From Myxococcota bacterium (GTDB lineage Bacteria; Myxococcota_A; UBA9160; JAFDDA01), in the NCBI GenBank assembly GCA_965228475.1, contig OZ245817.1, forward strand, positions 2,432,001-2,496,000: 64,000 nt of DNA. Direction: 5' to 3'. Each line of letters starts with the position of its first letter. Positions within the stretch are counted from its first letter, which is position 1. The position numbers were made by a program, and so were the translations under genes. Below the pieces are notes generated by a model. It had not been told where the DNA came from. It ran no database searches and saw nothing but the letters and a program-made list of their open reading frames with translations. This document shows, in pieces, positions 31,822-41,933 of this stretch.

Positions 31822-34800
31822 TCACATGGCGCGCCGGTACTGGCCTCCGACCTGGAAGAGCGCGTCGCTGATCTGGCCGAGGCTCGCGACCTGCACCGTC
31901 TCCATGAGCTCGGCGAAGACGTTCCCGCCCGCCAGGGCGACTTCCTGAAGCCGCGCGAGGGCCGCCGGGGCATCCTGCGCATGGCGTGCGTGGAAGGCGG
32001 CCAGGTGGCCGAGCTGGCGGTCCTTCTCGTCGTCGCTCGAGCGCATCAGATCCCGCGCCCCCGCCGCCTCCTCCGGCTCGGGATTCAGGAAGGTGTTCAC
32101 CCCGACGATCGGGAGCTCGCCCGAGTGCTTCAGCGTCTCGTAGTGGAGGCTCTCGTCCTGGATCTTCCCGCGCTGGTAGAGCGTCTCCATCGCACCGAGG
32201 ACGCCGCCGCGGTCCGAGAGCCGCTCGAACTCCGCCAGCACCGCCTCCTCGACGAGATCCGTCAGCTCCTCGATCACGTAGCTCCCCTGCAGCGGGTTCT
32301 CGTTCTTCGAGAGCCCGAGCTCGCGGTTGATCACGAGCTGGATTGCGAGGGCGCGCCGCACCGACTCCGGCGTGGGCGTGGTCACGGCTTCGTCGTAGGC
32401 GTTCGTGTGGAGGCTGTTGCAGTGGTCCTGGAGCGCGGTCAGCGCCTGGAGCGTGGTGCGGATGTCGTTGAAGGACATCTCCTGGGCATGCAGCGAACGC
32501 CCGGAGGTCTGGACGTGGTACTTGAGCTTCTGGCTGCGCTCGCTCGCCCCGTAGCGCTCCTTCATGGCGACGGCCCAGATGCGGCGCGCCACCCGGCCGA
32601 TCACGTTGTATTCCGCATCGAGTCCGTTGCTGAAGAAGAAGGAGAAGTTCGGCGCGAAGTCGTCGATCGAGAGGCCGCGCGCGAGGTAGTACTCGGCGTA
32701 GGTGAAGCCGTTCGCCAGGGTGAAGGCGAGCTGGCTGATCGGGTTCGCTCCGGCTTCGGCCATGTGGTAGCCCGAGATCGAGACCGAGTAGAAGTTCGCG
32801 ACGTCGTGCTCGACGAAGTACTCCTGGATGTCCCCCATCATCTTGAGCGCGAACTCCGTCGCGAAGATGCAGGTGTTCTGGGCCTGGTCCTCCTTCAGGA
32901 TGTCCGCCTGCACGGTGCCGCGGACGCGCGAGAGCACGTCGGCCTTGATGCGCGCGTAGGTCTCCGCATCGACGGCCTTCGAGCCCGGGATGCCGAGCAG
33001 GCCGAGACCGTTGCCGTCGTGGCCGGGCGGGAGTTCGCCGTCGTAGGCCGGAAGCTCCCCCGCCTTCGCCCGCACGGCCTCGAGCTGGCCGGTCTCCTTC
33101 AGGTGGCGCTCGACCTGCTGGTCGATCGCGGCGTTCAGGAAGAAAGCGAGCACCATGGGCGCCGGCCCGTTGATCGTCATCGAGACGGACGTATTGGGCG
33201 CACACAGGTCGAAGCCCGAGTAGAGCTTCTTGGCATCGTCGACGGTCGCGACGGAGACGCCCGAGTTCCCGACCTTCCCGTAGACGTCCGGCCGGGCGCC
33301 CGGATCGCGCCCGTAGAGCGTGACGCTGTCGAAGGCCGTGGAGAGCCGGGCGGCCGGCTGGCCCTCGGAGACGAGATGGAAGCGGCGGTTGGTCCGCTCC
33401 GGCGTCCCCTCCCCTGCGAACATGCGCGCCGGATCCTCGCCGCTGCGCTTGAACGGGAAGACGCCGGCCGTGAACGGGAACTGGCCCGGCAGGTTCTCGA
33501 GCCGGCGATAGCGCAGGATCTCGCCCCAGTCGTCGCTGCGCGGAACGGCGACCTTCGGGAGCTTCGTCCGCGAGAGCGTCTCGCTGTGGTTCTCGACCGG
33601 GATCTCGCGGTCGCGCACGCGGTAGGACTGGCGCTCGGCCCGGTACTGCTCGCGAAGCGACGGCCAGCTCGCGAGGCGCTCGCGGTCCTCGGCGTCGAGC
33701 GCCTCGAGCGCGCGGGCGTAGCGTTCGCGGAGGGCTGCGACCTCCTCGCTCGCGGGAGCCGGCGCATCGCTCGGGTACGGCGCACCCATGGGCGGCGGCG
33801 CGTCGCCGAGCAGGCCGAGCGTGCGTGCGAGGGCCGCGGCGTCGCGAGCCCGGTCCGCACGATCGGACGTCCCCTCCCGGAACCCGCGCACGGTCTCGGC
33901 GATCTCCGCCAGGTAGCGCGTGCGCTTGCGGGGGATCGAGACCTCGCTCGCCGCGCCGCGGGTCTCGGCGGCCGGCGCCTCGGCCACGGCATGCGGCGAC
34001 GTGTTCTGCACCGCGGCGGCCAGGCCCGCATAGAACGCGTCGAGCCCCGGATCCGTCCAGCTCCGCGCGACGGTGCCGAAGACCGGCACTTCGTCTCCCG
34101 GCGCGAGGTCCGGCCGGGTGCGCCGCCACTGCTTGCGGACGTCGCGCAGGGCGTCCTCCGCCCCGTGGCGATCACACTTGTTCAGCACCACGAGGTCCGC
34201 GAGCTCGATCATGTCGATCTTCTCGAGCTGCGAGGGAGCGCCGTACTCGGGCGTCATCACGTAGACCGAGACGTCGGCGAGGTCGACGATCTCCGAGTCG
34301 CTCTGCCCGATGCCCGCGGTCTCGACGATGATCCAGTCGTAGCCCGCGGCCTGGAGGACGCGGACGGCATCCTTCACCGCGGCCGAGAGCGCCAGGTGGG
34401 CCTGCCGGGTCGCCAACGAGCGAACGAAGACGCCCTCCCCGTGGATCGCGTTCATGCGGATGCGATCCCCGAGCAGCGCGCCGCCCGAGCGCCGCCGGCT
34501 CGGGTCGACCGACAGCACCGCGAGCGTCCGGTCCGGCTGGTGGCGGCGGAAGCGGCGGACGATCTCGTCGACCACGCTCGACTTGCCCGCGCCCCCGGTC
34601 CCGGTGAAACCGACCACCGGAGCCCGGGGCCCGGCGCGCCGCCCGTCGAGGGCCGCACGGACGGACTCGACGCCCTCCCCGCCGGCTTCCCCGTTCTCCT
34701 CGAGCCACGTGATCATGCGGGCCACGGCGAGGGGGTCGCTCGGCGCGAGCCGCTCCAACTCGTCCCCGACGCGCTCGATCGTGCGGCGCTCGCAGCGCTC

Positions 34801-35235
34801 GACGATCGTTCGGATCATTCCCTCGAGTCCGAGCGTGCGGCCATCCTCGGGGCCGAAAATCTTGGCCACTCCGTAGGCCTCGAGCTCGGCGGCCTCTTCC
34901 GGGGTGATCGTCCCGCCTCCGCCGCCGAAGACCTGGACGTCCGGGGCCCCGAGCTCCCGCAGCCGGTCGACGAGGAAGCGGAAGAACTCCATGTGGCCGC
35001 CCTGGTAGGACGAGATCGCCACCGCGTGGGCGTCTTCCTGGACCGCGGCGCGGGCGATCTCCTCGACGGAGCGGTCGTGACCGAGGTGGATGACCTCGGC
35101 CCCCTGGCTCTGCAGGATGCGGCGCATGATGTTGATGGCCGCGTCGTGGCCGTCGAACAGCGAGGCGGCCGTCACGACGCGCACCCGGGTCGGCGCGCGG
35201 TGGATCGGCGTGACGTCGGCGACGGCTTCGCTCAT
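31822..35235 (-). CDS. icmF: Fused isobutyryl-CoA mutase / MeaI GTPase
   Basis: N-terminal B12 domain LFDGHDAAIN, G-domain GTGGAGKSS...LLGDRIRMN, mutase domain RMFAGEG, VRGTVQADILKEDQ, GGQYRR. Confidence 0.95.
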   Translation of the reverse strand: MSEAVADVTPIHRAPTRVRVVTAASLFDGHDAAINIMRRILQSQGAEVIHLGHDRSVEEIARAAVQEDAHAVAISSYQGGHMEFFRFLVDRLRELGAPDVQVFGGGGGTITPEEAAELEAYGVAKIFGPEDGRTLGLEGMIRTIVERCERRTIERVGDELERLAPSDPLAVARMITWLEENGEAGGEGVESVRAALDGRRAGPRAPVVGFTGTGGAGKSSVVDEIVRRFRRHQPDRTLAVLSVDPSRRRSGGALLGDRIRMNAIHGEGVFVRSLATRQAHLALSAAVKDAVRVLQAAGYDWIIVETAGIGQSDSEIVDLADVSVYVMTPEYGAPSQLEKIDMIELADLVVLNKCDRHGAEDALRDVRKQWRRTRPDLAPGDEVPVFGTVARSWTDPGLDAFYAGLAAAVQNTSPHAVAEAPAAETRGAASEVSIPRKRTRYLAEIAETVRGFREGTSDRADRARDAAALARTLGLLGDAPPPMGAPYPSDAPAPASEEVAALRERYARALEALDAEDRERLASWPSLREQYRAERQSYRVRDREIPVENHSETLSRTKLPKVAVPRSDDWGEILRYRRLENLPGQFPFTAGVFPFKRSGEDPARMFAGEGTPERTNRRFHLVSEGQPAARLSTAFDSVTLYGRDPGARPDVYGKVGNSGVSVATVDDAKKLYSGFDLCAPNTSVSMTINGPAPMVLAFFLNAAIDQQVERHLKETGQLEAVRAKAGELPAYDGELPPGHDGNGLGLLGIPGSKAVDAETYARIKADVLSRVRGTVQADILKEDQAQNTCIFATEFALKMMGDIQEYFVEHDVANFYSVSISGYHMAEAGANPISQLAFTLANGFTYAEYYLARGLSIDDFAPNFSFFFSNGLDAEYNVIGRVARRIWAVAMKERYGASERSQKLKYHVQTSGRSLHAQEMSFNDIRTTLQALTALQDHCNSLHTNAYDEAVTTPTPESVRRALAIQLVINRELGLSKNENPLQGSYVIEELTDLVEEAVLAEFERLSDRGGVLGAMETLYQRGKIQDESLHYETLKHSGELPIVGVNTFLNPEPEEAAGARDLMRSSDDEKDRQLGHLAAFHARHAQDAPAALARLQEVALAGGNVFAELMETVQVASLGQISDALFQVGGQYRRAM

Positions 35236-35621
35236 CGGCTCTCCTCCGCGCGCAGCAGGTCCGCCCGCTCGCCCACGTGGCTTCGATACTTCCGGATCTG
35301 GTCGCGCAGGGTTCCGAGCTCCGTGATGCGCGTGTCGAGATCCTCGAGATGGGCCTCGAGCAGCTCGTCGAGGCGCCCGAGCATCTCCTGGGTGCCGCCT
35401 CCGATCGCGTGGACGGCGTTCAGCTCCTTGATCTCGGCCAGCGAGAGCCCGAGGGCCTTCAGGCGCGTGATGAAGCGGAGACGCTCCTCCTCGTCCGGCC
35501 CGTAGACCCGCCGGCCGGCCTCCCGCCGCCGGACCCCGGGCAGCAGCCCCAGCTCCTCGTAGTACCGCACCGTCCGGGCGGAAAGCCCCGTTTTCGAACA
35601 GATTTCGCCGATCGAGTCCAT
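35232..35621 (-). CDS. MerR-family regulator (LiuR-like)
   Basis: SIGEI...GLSARTVRYYEELGLL...RRVY...LKALGLSLAEIKEL; ATGA overlap with icmF. Confidence 0.9.
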   Translation of the reverse strand: MDSIGEICSKTGLSARTVRYYEELGLLPGVRRREAGRRVYGPDEEERLRFITRLKALGLSLAEIKELNAVHAIGGGTQEMLGRLDELLEAHLEDLDTRITELGTLRDQIRKYRSHVGERADLLRAEESR

Positions 35622-35634
35622 GCCCGCACCCGGT

Positions 35635-35656
35635 TGCCAGTTGACGTGAGCTGGCA
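35635..35656. promoter_or_regulatory. Palindromic candidate operator upstream of merR-icmF
   Basis: TGCCAGTTGAC|GTGAGCTGGCA with 9 of 11 pairs symmetric; minus-strand TGcTACTCT extended -10-like element adjacent. Confidence 0.55.
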
Positions 35657-35704
35657 GAGTAGCATCGGCGAGACGGGCCGGCTCCTTCGCTAGTTTCCGC
35701 GGCC

Positions 35705-36727
35705 ATGTCTCGCTTCGCGGTCCGTGGCGCCCTGGCCGCCTTCGCCTTCCTCGCCACTTCGACCCTGCTCGCGGCCCTCGCGCCCCTGCCCGAGGCCGCG
35801 GACCTCCACGGAAGAGCCCGGCAGCTCGAGGCGGGCGGCTACGACGTCGTCTTCCTCGGCCCGAGCACGGTCCGCTGCGGCCTCATCCCCGACGTCGTCG
35901 ACGAAGAACTCGCCCGGCTCGGGCGGCCGCTCCGCTCCTTCAACCTCGGGATCCCCGGCGCGCGCGCCTTCGAGCTCGACTTCTGGACCCGGCGCATCGC
36001 CGAGGATCCGCCGCCGGGGCTCCGCTACGCCGTGATCGAGCTTCATCCCGACGCGGCCACCCGGCTGATCGGGCCGCACAACCATTTCACGGACCGCGCC
36101 ATCTACTGGCACACCCCCACGCAGCTGCGCGGAGTCTTCGCCGACCTCCGGGCCTCCGATGCCTCGCCCCTCGTCAAGCTCGACCGCCTCCTGCTCCACG
36201 GACAGCACTTCCTCTGGCGCGCGACGGGGTTCGGCCAGGCCGAGCGCGCCCTGACCACACGCATCGCCGGGAGCGATGCGGCCGCGGTCGAAGCGCGTGG
36301 GTTCTCGACCGCCGATTGCACCGAGGGAGAGCGCGCCGTCACCTCTCGACAGCGATATCTGGAGAACACGGCCGAGGTCACCCGCCTGAAGGCGACCCTC
36401 GACGTCCAGCGCCGGCGCCAGGTCGACATCGATCATCTTCGCCCGGCCCACCTGCGTGCCCAGGTCGAGCGGCTTCGCCGGGCGGGGATCGAGCCGGTCT
36501 TCGTGCTCTCGCCCATTCTCGGCGCCGTCCCAGGCATCCACTCCCTGCGCACGGAGCAGATCCTGCCCGCACTGCTCGCCTTCGACTCGCCGCGCGGCTA
36601 CCCGGCGCTCTACGCACCGGAGGCGCGCTTCGACATGTGGCACCTGAACGCGGAGGGCGCCGAGCGCTTCAGCCGCGCCTTCGCCCGGCGCTTCGTCCGC
36701 TGGCTCGCGAGCGGAACCGACGGCTGA
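35705..36727 (+). CDS. Exported SGNH/DltD-like partner of the MBOAT acyltransferase
   Basis: N-terminal hydrophobic helix, DVVFLGPS, SFNLGIPG, C-terminal FDMWHLNAEGAERFS (DxxH). Confidence 0.75.
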   Translation: MSRFAVRGALAAFAFLATSTLLAALAPLPEAADLHGRARQLEAGGYDVVFLGPSTVRCGLIPDVVDEELARLGRPLRSFNLGIPGARAFELDFWTRRIAEDPPPGLRYAVIELHPDAATRLIGPHNHFTDRAIYWHTPTQLRGVFADLRASDASPLVKLDRLLLHGQHFLWRATGFGQAERALTTRIAGSDAAAVEARGFSTADCTEGERAVTSRQRYLENTAEVTRLKATLDVQRRRQVDIDHLRPAHLRAQVERLRRAGIEPVFVLSPILGAVPGIHSLRTEQILPALLAFDSPRGYPALYAPEARFDMWHLNAEGAERFSRAFARRFVRWLASGTDG

Positions 36728-38115
36728 TGCTCTTCTCCGAGCTCGTCTTCTTCGTCTTCTTTGCCGTGGTGCTCGTGCTCCATTGGAGCGTCTCGAGCCC
36801 GACGGCGCGCAAGCGCATCCTGCTCGGCGCGAGCTACGTCTTCTACGCAGCCTGGGACCCGCGCTTCTGCGGCCTCATCCTGGCCTCGACGCTCGTCGAC
36901 TTCTTCGCCGGCGCGCGCATCGCCGGGAGCGGTTCGCCCGCGGCCCGCCGGCGCTGGCTCACCGCGAGCCTCGTCGCGAACCTCGGCATCCTCGGCTTCT
37001 TCAAGTACTGGAACTTCTTCGTCGTCTCGACGGGGAGCGCGCTCGCCGCCCTCGGGCTGCCGGCCGAGATCCGCACCCTCGAGATCATCCTGCCGGTCGG
37101 GATCAGCTTCTTCACGTTCCAGTCCATGAGCTACACGATCGACGTCTTCCGCCGCCGCATGGATCCGGCGGAGTCCTTCATCGACTTCGCCCTGTTCGTG
37201 AGCTTCTTCCCGCAGCTCGTCGCGGGGCCGATCGTCCGCGCGAGTGAGTTCATCCCCCAGCTCGCCCGCCCCCGGGTGCGAAGCGACGTCCGGATCCGCG
37301 CCTCGCTGACGCTCTTTCTCGTCGGCTTCGTGAAGAAGACCTGCATCGCCGACCGGCTGGCCGAACCCGTGGATGCCGTCTTCACGCCGGGCGCGGGCTT
37401 CGACGCCGCGAGCCACTGGCTCGCCACGGCGCTCTACGGCGTCCAGATCTATTGCGACTTCTCGGGCTACACGGACATGGCCATCGCGACGGCGGGCCTG
37501 CTCGGCTACCGCCTCGTGCGGAACTTCGATTTCCCGTACCTCTCCCGGAGCGTGCGCGAGTTCTGGCGGCGCTGGCACATCTCGCTTTCGAGCTGGTTCC
37601 GCGACTACCTCTACGTCCCGCTCGGGGGCAACCGGCGGAGCCAGGCGATCACCCTTCGCAACCTCCTGCTCGTCTTCTTCCTGTGTGGGCTCTGGCACGG
37701 CGCGGCCTGGACCTTCGTGGTGTGGGGGCTCCTGCACGGGGCCCTGCTCGTGGCCGAACGCACCGCCTTCGGCCCGTGGCTCGCCCGGAGGCCCCGCGCC
37801 CTGCAACACGCCTACGTGTTGTTCGGCGTCGGGCTCGCGTGGATCCCCTTCCGCGCCGAGAGCCTGCCCCACGCGGGCGATTTCTTCCGGGGTTTGCTGG
37901 GCTCCGGCGGCGCGGCGGAGGCCCTCGCGTTCGGGTGGTGGCTCGTGCTCGCCGCCTTCGCGGCGCTGCACCTCGCCAACGCACGCTTCGCGCTGCCGAA
38001 GCGCCTGGCCGGATTCTCGCCCGAGGCCTTCGCCGCGGCCTACGGCGCGCTCTGGGCGGTCGCGCTCTCGCTCGTCGCCACGGGCCACCGGCCCTTCATC
38101 TACTTCCAGTTCTGA
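36727..38115 (+). CDS. MBOAT family O-acyltransferase (AlgI-like)
   Basis: SYVFYAAWD, LGFFKY, LPVGISFFTFQSMSYTIDV, FFPQLVAGPIVRA, QIYCDFSGYTDMA, FWRRWHISLSSWFRDYLY, GLWHGA, FIYFQF. Confidence 0.95.
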   Translation: MLFSELVFFVFFAVVLVLHWSVSSPTARKRILLGASYVFYAAWDPRFCGLILASTLVDFFAGARIAGSGSPAARRRWLTASLVANLGILGFFKYWNFFVVSTGSALAALGLPAEIRTLEIILPVGISFFTFQSMSYTIDVFRRRMDPAESFIDFALFVSFFPQLVAGPIVRASEFIPQLARPRVRSDVRIRASLTLFLVGFVKKTCIADRLAEPVDAVFTPGAGFDAASHWLATALYGVQIYCDFSGYTDMAIATAGLLGYRLVRNFDFPYLSRSVREFWRRWHISLSSWFRDYLYVPLGGNRRSQAITLRNLLLVFFLCGLWHGAAWTFVVWGLLHGALLVAERTAFGPWLARRPRALQHAYVLFGVGLAWIPFRAESLPHAGDFFRGLLGSGGAAEALAFGWWLVLAAFAALHLANARFALPKRLAGFSPEAFAAAYGALWAVALSLVATGHRPFIYFQF

Positions 38116-38127
38116 GGAGGCGCGTTT

Positions 38128-39012
38128 CTAGACGTAGCCGAGGCCGGTGATGCGCTTGCGCTTCTTGAACCAGGCCGGGTCGACCTTCACGAAGAGTTCG
38201 AGGTGCACGCGCTGCCCCATGAACTTCTCGATGCTGCGCCGGGCGCGTGAGCCGATCGCCTTGATCTGGTGCCCCCCGGCACCGATCACGATGCCCTTCT
38301 GGGAGGAGCGGCGGACCAGCAGGTTCGCCCGGATGCGGGCGATCTCGGGCCGGCTCTCGTCGAACTCGAGGATCTCGACCGCGAGCTCATAGGGAAGTTC
38401 GTCCTCGAGTTCCTGGAAGGCCGCCTCCCGAACCATCTCCGCAGCGAGGAAGCGCAGCGGGCGGTCCGTGATCTCGTCGTCCGGGTAGTACGGGGGCGAT
38501 TCGGGCAGGTAGCCGACCAGGGCGTCGAGCAGCGTCGGCGTACCGTGGCCCTTGTCCGCGGCGATGCGGAAGACCGCATCGGGCGAGCCGGCTCCCTCCG
38601 GCGGCCAGGGCCGGCTCATCGCCCGGGGCAGGTCCGACTTCGTCCCGACCAGCACCCAGGGCTTCGACGCCGCGTCGAGCCGCTCGCGCAGGGCATCGTG
38701 CCGCTCCTCCCAGCCCCGAGCGAGATCCACGAGCAGCAGGGCGACGTCGCAGTCCGAGAGCGCCTCGTCGACGGCCTCCTGCATCATCTCGTGGAGCGCG
38801 CCCTGTCCGCGGTGGACGCCTGGCGTATCGACCAGCAGGAGCTGGGCATCGGGCCGCGAGACGATCCCGAGGATCCGGCTCCGCGTGGTCTGCGGCTTGT
38901 GCGTGACGATCGCCAGCCGCTCCCCGACCAGCCGATTCAAGAGCGTCGACTTCCCGGCGTTCGGCATTCCGAGCAGCGCCACGACGCCGGCGCGGTGGGC
39001 GCCGTCAGCCAT
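38128..39012 (-). CDS. era: GTPase Era
   Basis: GMPNAGKSTL, KPQTTR, DTPG, TKSD, ELPY, SQKGIVIG KH domain. Confidence 0.95.
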   Translation of the reverse strand: MADGAHRAGVVALLGMPNAGKSTLLNRLVGERLAIVTHKPQTTRSRILGIVSRPDAQLLLVDTPGVHRGQGALHEMMQEAVDEALSDCDVALLLVDLARGWEERHDALRERLDAASKPWVLVGTKSDLPRAMSRPWPPEGAGSPDAVFRIAADKGHGTPTLLDALVGYLPESPPYYPDDEITDRPLRFLAAEMVREAAFQELEDELPYELAVEILEFDESRPEIARIRANLLVRRSSQKGIVIGAGGHQIKAIGSRARRSIEKFMGQRVHLELFVKVDPAWFKKRKRITGLGYV

Positions 39013-39727
39013 GCTCGACCCCGAGGCCCGCGATCGCCGCGGCCGCGGCCCGCTGTTCGGCCTCCCGCTTGGTGCGGCCCCGCCCTTCGCCGACCGTCTT
39101 CGGGCCGATCGCGACCTCCGCCGTGAAGCGGGTCTCGTCGTTCTCGACCCCGCTGTCGTGGACGAGCTCGTACGCCGGAAGCACGTGTTCCTGCGCCATG
39201 CTCCACTCCTGGAGACGGGTCTTCGCATCGCGTTCGAGCATGGCGTCGACGTCGCGCTGGTCTCCGACGGTCCGGCGCAGGAAGGCTTCGGCCGCCTCGA
39301 GCCCGCCGTCGAGATAGATCGCGCCGATCAGGGCCTCGAAGAGGTTCCCCAGCAGGCGGTCGCGGTCGGCGCCGCCCGCCTTCCGCTCCCCGCGTCCGAG
39401 CTGGACGAAGGAGCCGAGCTCGAGCCGCCGGGCCTGCTCCGCCAGGGCCCGGTTGTTGACGAGCGTCTTTCGACCGCGCGTGAGCTCGCCTTCGCTCCAC
39501 TCCGGGTGGGCGTCGAACAGCAGGTGCGCCACGACCAGGTCGAGGACCGCATCGCCCAGATACTCGAGGCGCTCGTTGCCGCGCGTGCCGTCCGTTTCGT
39601 AGGAGTAGGACGGGTGCGTGAAGGCCCGCTCGAGCAGGCCGGCATCGCGAAACGTGTAGCCGAGACGGTCTTCGAGCTGCTTCGCCATCGCCGGGTCCCA
39701 GCGGCCCTGCGCCGCGGGTTCCGTCAA
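39005..39727 (-). CDS. rnc: Ribonuclease III
   Basis: AFTHPS, NERLEYLGDAVL, FEALIGAIYLDGG, dsRBD DAKTRLQE...GRGRTKREAEQRAA; start is TTG 39727 or ATG 39688. Confidence 0.95.
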   Translation of the reverse strand: MTEPAAQGRWDPAMAKQLEDRLGYTFRDAGLLERAFTHPSYSYETDGTRGNERLEYLGDAVLDLVVAHLLFDAHPEWSEGELTRGRKTLVNNRALAEQARRLELGSFVQLGRGERKAGGADRDRLLGNLFEALIGAIYLDGGLEAAEAFLRRTVGDQRDVDAMLERDAKTRLQEWSMAQEHVLPAYELVHDSGVENDETRFTAEVAIGPKTVGEGRGRTKREAEQRAAAAAIAGLGVEHG

Positions 39728-40791
39728 GAGAGCGCCTCGGCGATCCAGCCGCCGCCCAGCACCTCGTCTCCGTCGTAGAAGACCGCGGCCTGGCCCGGCG
39801 CCACGGCGCGCACGGGCTCGTCGAAGTGGACGACGGCACCGCCGTCGCGCGCGGGCTCCACCTTCGCCGCGGCGCCTTCGTGCCGGTAGCGGACCTGCAC
39901 GGAGGCCCGGACGCCCGCGGCCGGCGCCTCCCCCGCGACCCAGGCCACCCGCTCGAGGCGCGCACGCGCGGTCCCGAGCGCGTCGACGGAGGCCACCACG
40001 ACCCGGTTCCCGGCGGCATCGATCCGCTTCACGTACATGCGCTCGGCCGAGGACAGGCCGAGCCCGCGCCGCTGCCCCACGGTGAAGTGGTGGATTCCCT
40101 CGTGACGCCCGAGGACGCGACCGAGCTCGTCGACGATCTCCCCCTGCCCCGGCAGCCGATCGGGCCGGATCGCCTCGACCACGCGGGCGTAGTCGCCGTC
40201 CGGGACGAAGCAGATCTCCTGACTCTCGGGCTTGTCCGCCGTCTTCAGGCCGAGCGCCCGCGCGCGCGCGCGGACCGCCGGCTTCTCGAGGTCGCCGAGC
40301 GGGAACTCGATGCGCTCGAGCTGTTCCTGGCGGAGGTCGAACAGGTAGTAGCTCTGATCCTTCTGGCGGTCGCGGCCGCGCAGGAGCCGCATGCGGCCCG
40401 TCGCCGCGTCGCGCGCAACGCGGGCGTAGTGGCCCGTCGCGACCCGCTCGGCCCCCAGCGCCTGGGCGCGCTCCATCAGGTGATGGAACTTGAAGCGCTG
40501 GTTGCAGGCGACGCAGGGGATGGGCGTGCGACCGGCCAGGTACTCGTCCGCGAAGGCTTCGATCACTTCCTCGCGGAAGCGCTCGCGGTAGTTCGCCACG
40601 TAGAACCGGATCCCGAGCCGTTCCGCCACGCGGCGGGCGTCCTGGGTGTCTTCGAGCGAGCAGCAGCGTGAAGCGTCCCCGGCGAGCGCCAGGGTGACGC
40701 CGATGACCTCGCGGCCTTCCTCGGCCACGATCGCCGCCGCGACCGAGGAGTCCACGCCGCCGGACATCGCCACGACCGTGCGCTCGCTCAC
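39724..40791 (-). CDS. mnmA: tRNA 2-thiouridylase
   Basis: AMSGGVDSSV, GRTPIPCVACN, ATGHYAR, KDQSYYL, ESQEICF, TVGQRRGL, PGQAAVFY. Confidence 0.96.
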   Translation of the reverse strand: MSERTVVAMSGGVDSSVAAAIVAEEGREVIGVTLALAGDASRCCSLEDTQDARRVAERLGIRFYVANYRERFREEVIEAFADEYLAGRTPIPCVACNQRFKFHHLMERAQALGAERVATGHYARVARDAATGRMRLLRGRDRQKDQSYYLFDLRQEQLERIEFPLGDLEKPAVRARARALGLKTADKPESQEICFVPDGDYARVVEAIRPDRLPGQGEIVDELGRVLGRHEGIHHFTVGQRRGLGLSSAERMYVKRIDAAGNRVVVASVDALGTARARLERVAWVAGEAPAAGVRASVQVRYRHEGAAAKVEPARDGGAVVHFDEPVRAVAPGQAAVFYDGDEVLGGGWIAEALS

Positions 40792-41924
40792 GGCGCACTC
40801 CCGCGCACCCGCTCGACGAGCCGGGGCAGGAGCGCGAGCACGCGATCGATCTGCACCTCGTCGGTCCCGTGCCCCACGCTGAAGCGGACGGTGCCGCGTG
40901 CTTCCTCGGGCGTCCGGCCGAGGGCGACGAGCACCCGCGACGGCTCGATCGACCCCGAAGCACAGGCGGCGCCCGCCGAGACACACACGCCCTCGAGGTC
41001 GAGCGCTTCGACGAGTACGTCGCCCGCCGCGCCGCAGAACTCGACGGAAAGCGTGTTGGGCAGGGCCGCCTCGAAGGGCGTGTTCGAGCGCACCTCCGGA
41101 ATCGACCCGGAGATGCCGCCCCAGAGCCGGTCGCGCAGCACCGCGAAACGACGGGCCCGCTCCTCGAGCCCGCGCGAGGCGTGGAAGGCCGCGACCCCCA
41201 TGCCCACGATCCCCGCGAGGTTCTCGGTCCCACCTCGGAGGCGCCGCTCCTGCGGGCCTCCATGGATCAGCGGCGAGAGTTCGCCGCCCCGCATCGCGAG
41301 GAAGCCCACGCCCTTGGGCCCGTTGAACTTGTGCGCGGAGCCGGAGAGGAACGTCACCGGCACGGCCTCGCCGTCGACCGGAACCTTGCCGAGCGCCTGC
41401 GTGGCGTCGCAGTGGAGCGGCACGCCGCGGCGCGACGCGTCGGCCGCTACCTCGGCCACGGGCTCGACCACGCCCGTCTCGTTGTTCGCCCAGATCAGCG
41501 AGACGAGCCGCGTCTCGGCCGAGAGCGCGGTGGCCACGGCGGACGGGTCGATCCGGCCGAGGGCGTCGACGGCCACCCGCGTGATCTTCACGCCCTCGCG
41601 CTCGAGGAGCGCCGCCGGGGCCTCGATCGACGGGTGCTCGACCGTGCTCGTCACGAGCTCTCCGCCCGAGGCGAGGAGGGCCGAAAGCACGGTGTTGTTG
41701 GCCTCGGTCGCCCCGGCGGTGAAGACGATCTCCTCGGCCCCGAAGCCCACCAGCGCCGCCACCCGCTCCCGCGCGACCTCGAGCTCGGCCCGTGCCCGCG
41801 CGCCCAGGGAGTGGACGCTGGACGGGTTCCCGTAGACGTCGCGCAGGACGTGGGTCATCGCCTCGACCACTTCCGGCAGGACCGGCGTGGTGGCGTTGTG
41901 ATCGAGGTAGACGGGGTCGCCCAT
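40788..41924 (-). CDS. iscS: Cysteine desulfurase (IscS/NifS type)
   Basis: YLDHNATTP, GNPSSVH, FTAGATEANN, ANNETG, SAHKFNGPKG, SAGAACASG. Confidence 0.92.
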   Translation of the reverse strand: MGDPVYLDHNATTPVLPEVVEAMTHVLRDVYGNPSSVHSLGARARAELEVARERVAALVGFGAEEIVFTAGATEANNTVLSALLASGGELVTSTVEHPSIEAPAALLEREGVKITRVAVDALGRIDPSAVATALSAETRLVSLIWANNETGVVEPVAEVAADASRRGVPLHCDATQALGKVPVDGEAVPVTFLSGSAHKFNGPKGVGFLAMRGGELSPLIHGGPQERRLRGGTENLAGIVGMGVAAFHASRGLEERARRFAVLRDRLWGGISGSIPEVRSNTPFEAALPNTLSVEFCGAAGDVLVEALDLEGVCVSAGAACASGSIEPSRVLVALGRTPEEARGTVRFSVGHGTDEVQIDRVLALLPRLVERVRGSAP

Positions 41925-41933
41925 GGCCCGAGC

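Noticed and set aside
35622..35704. Cobalamin riboswitch upstream of the B12 mutase operon
   Set aside because: The spacer is too short and has no B12-box motif
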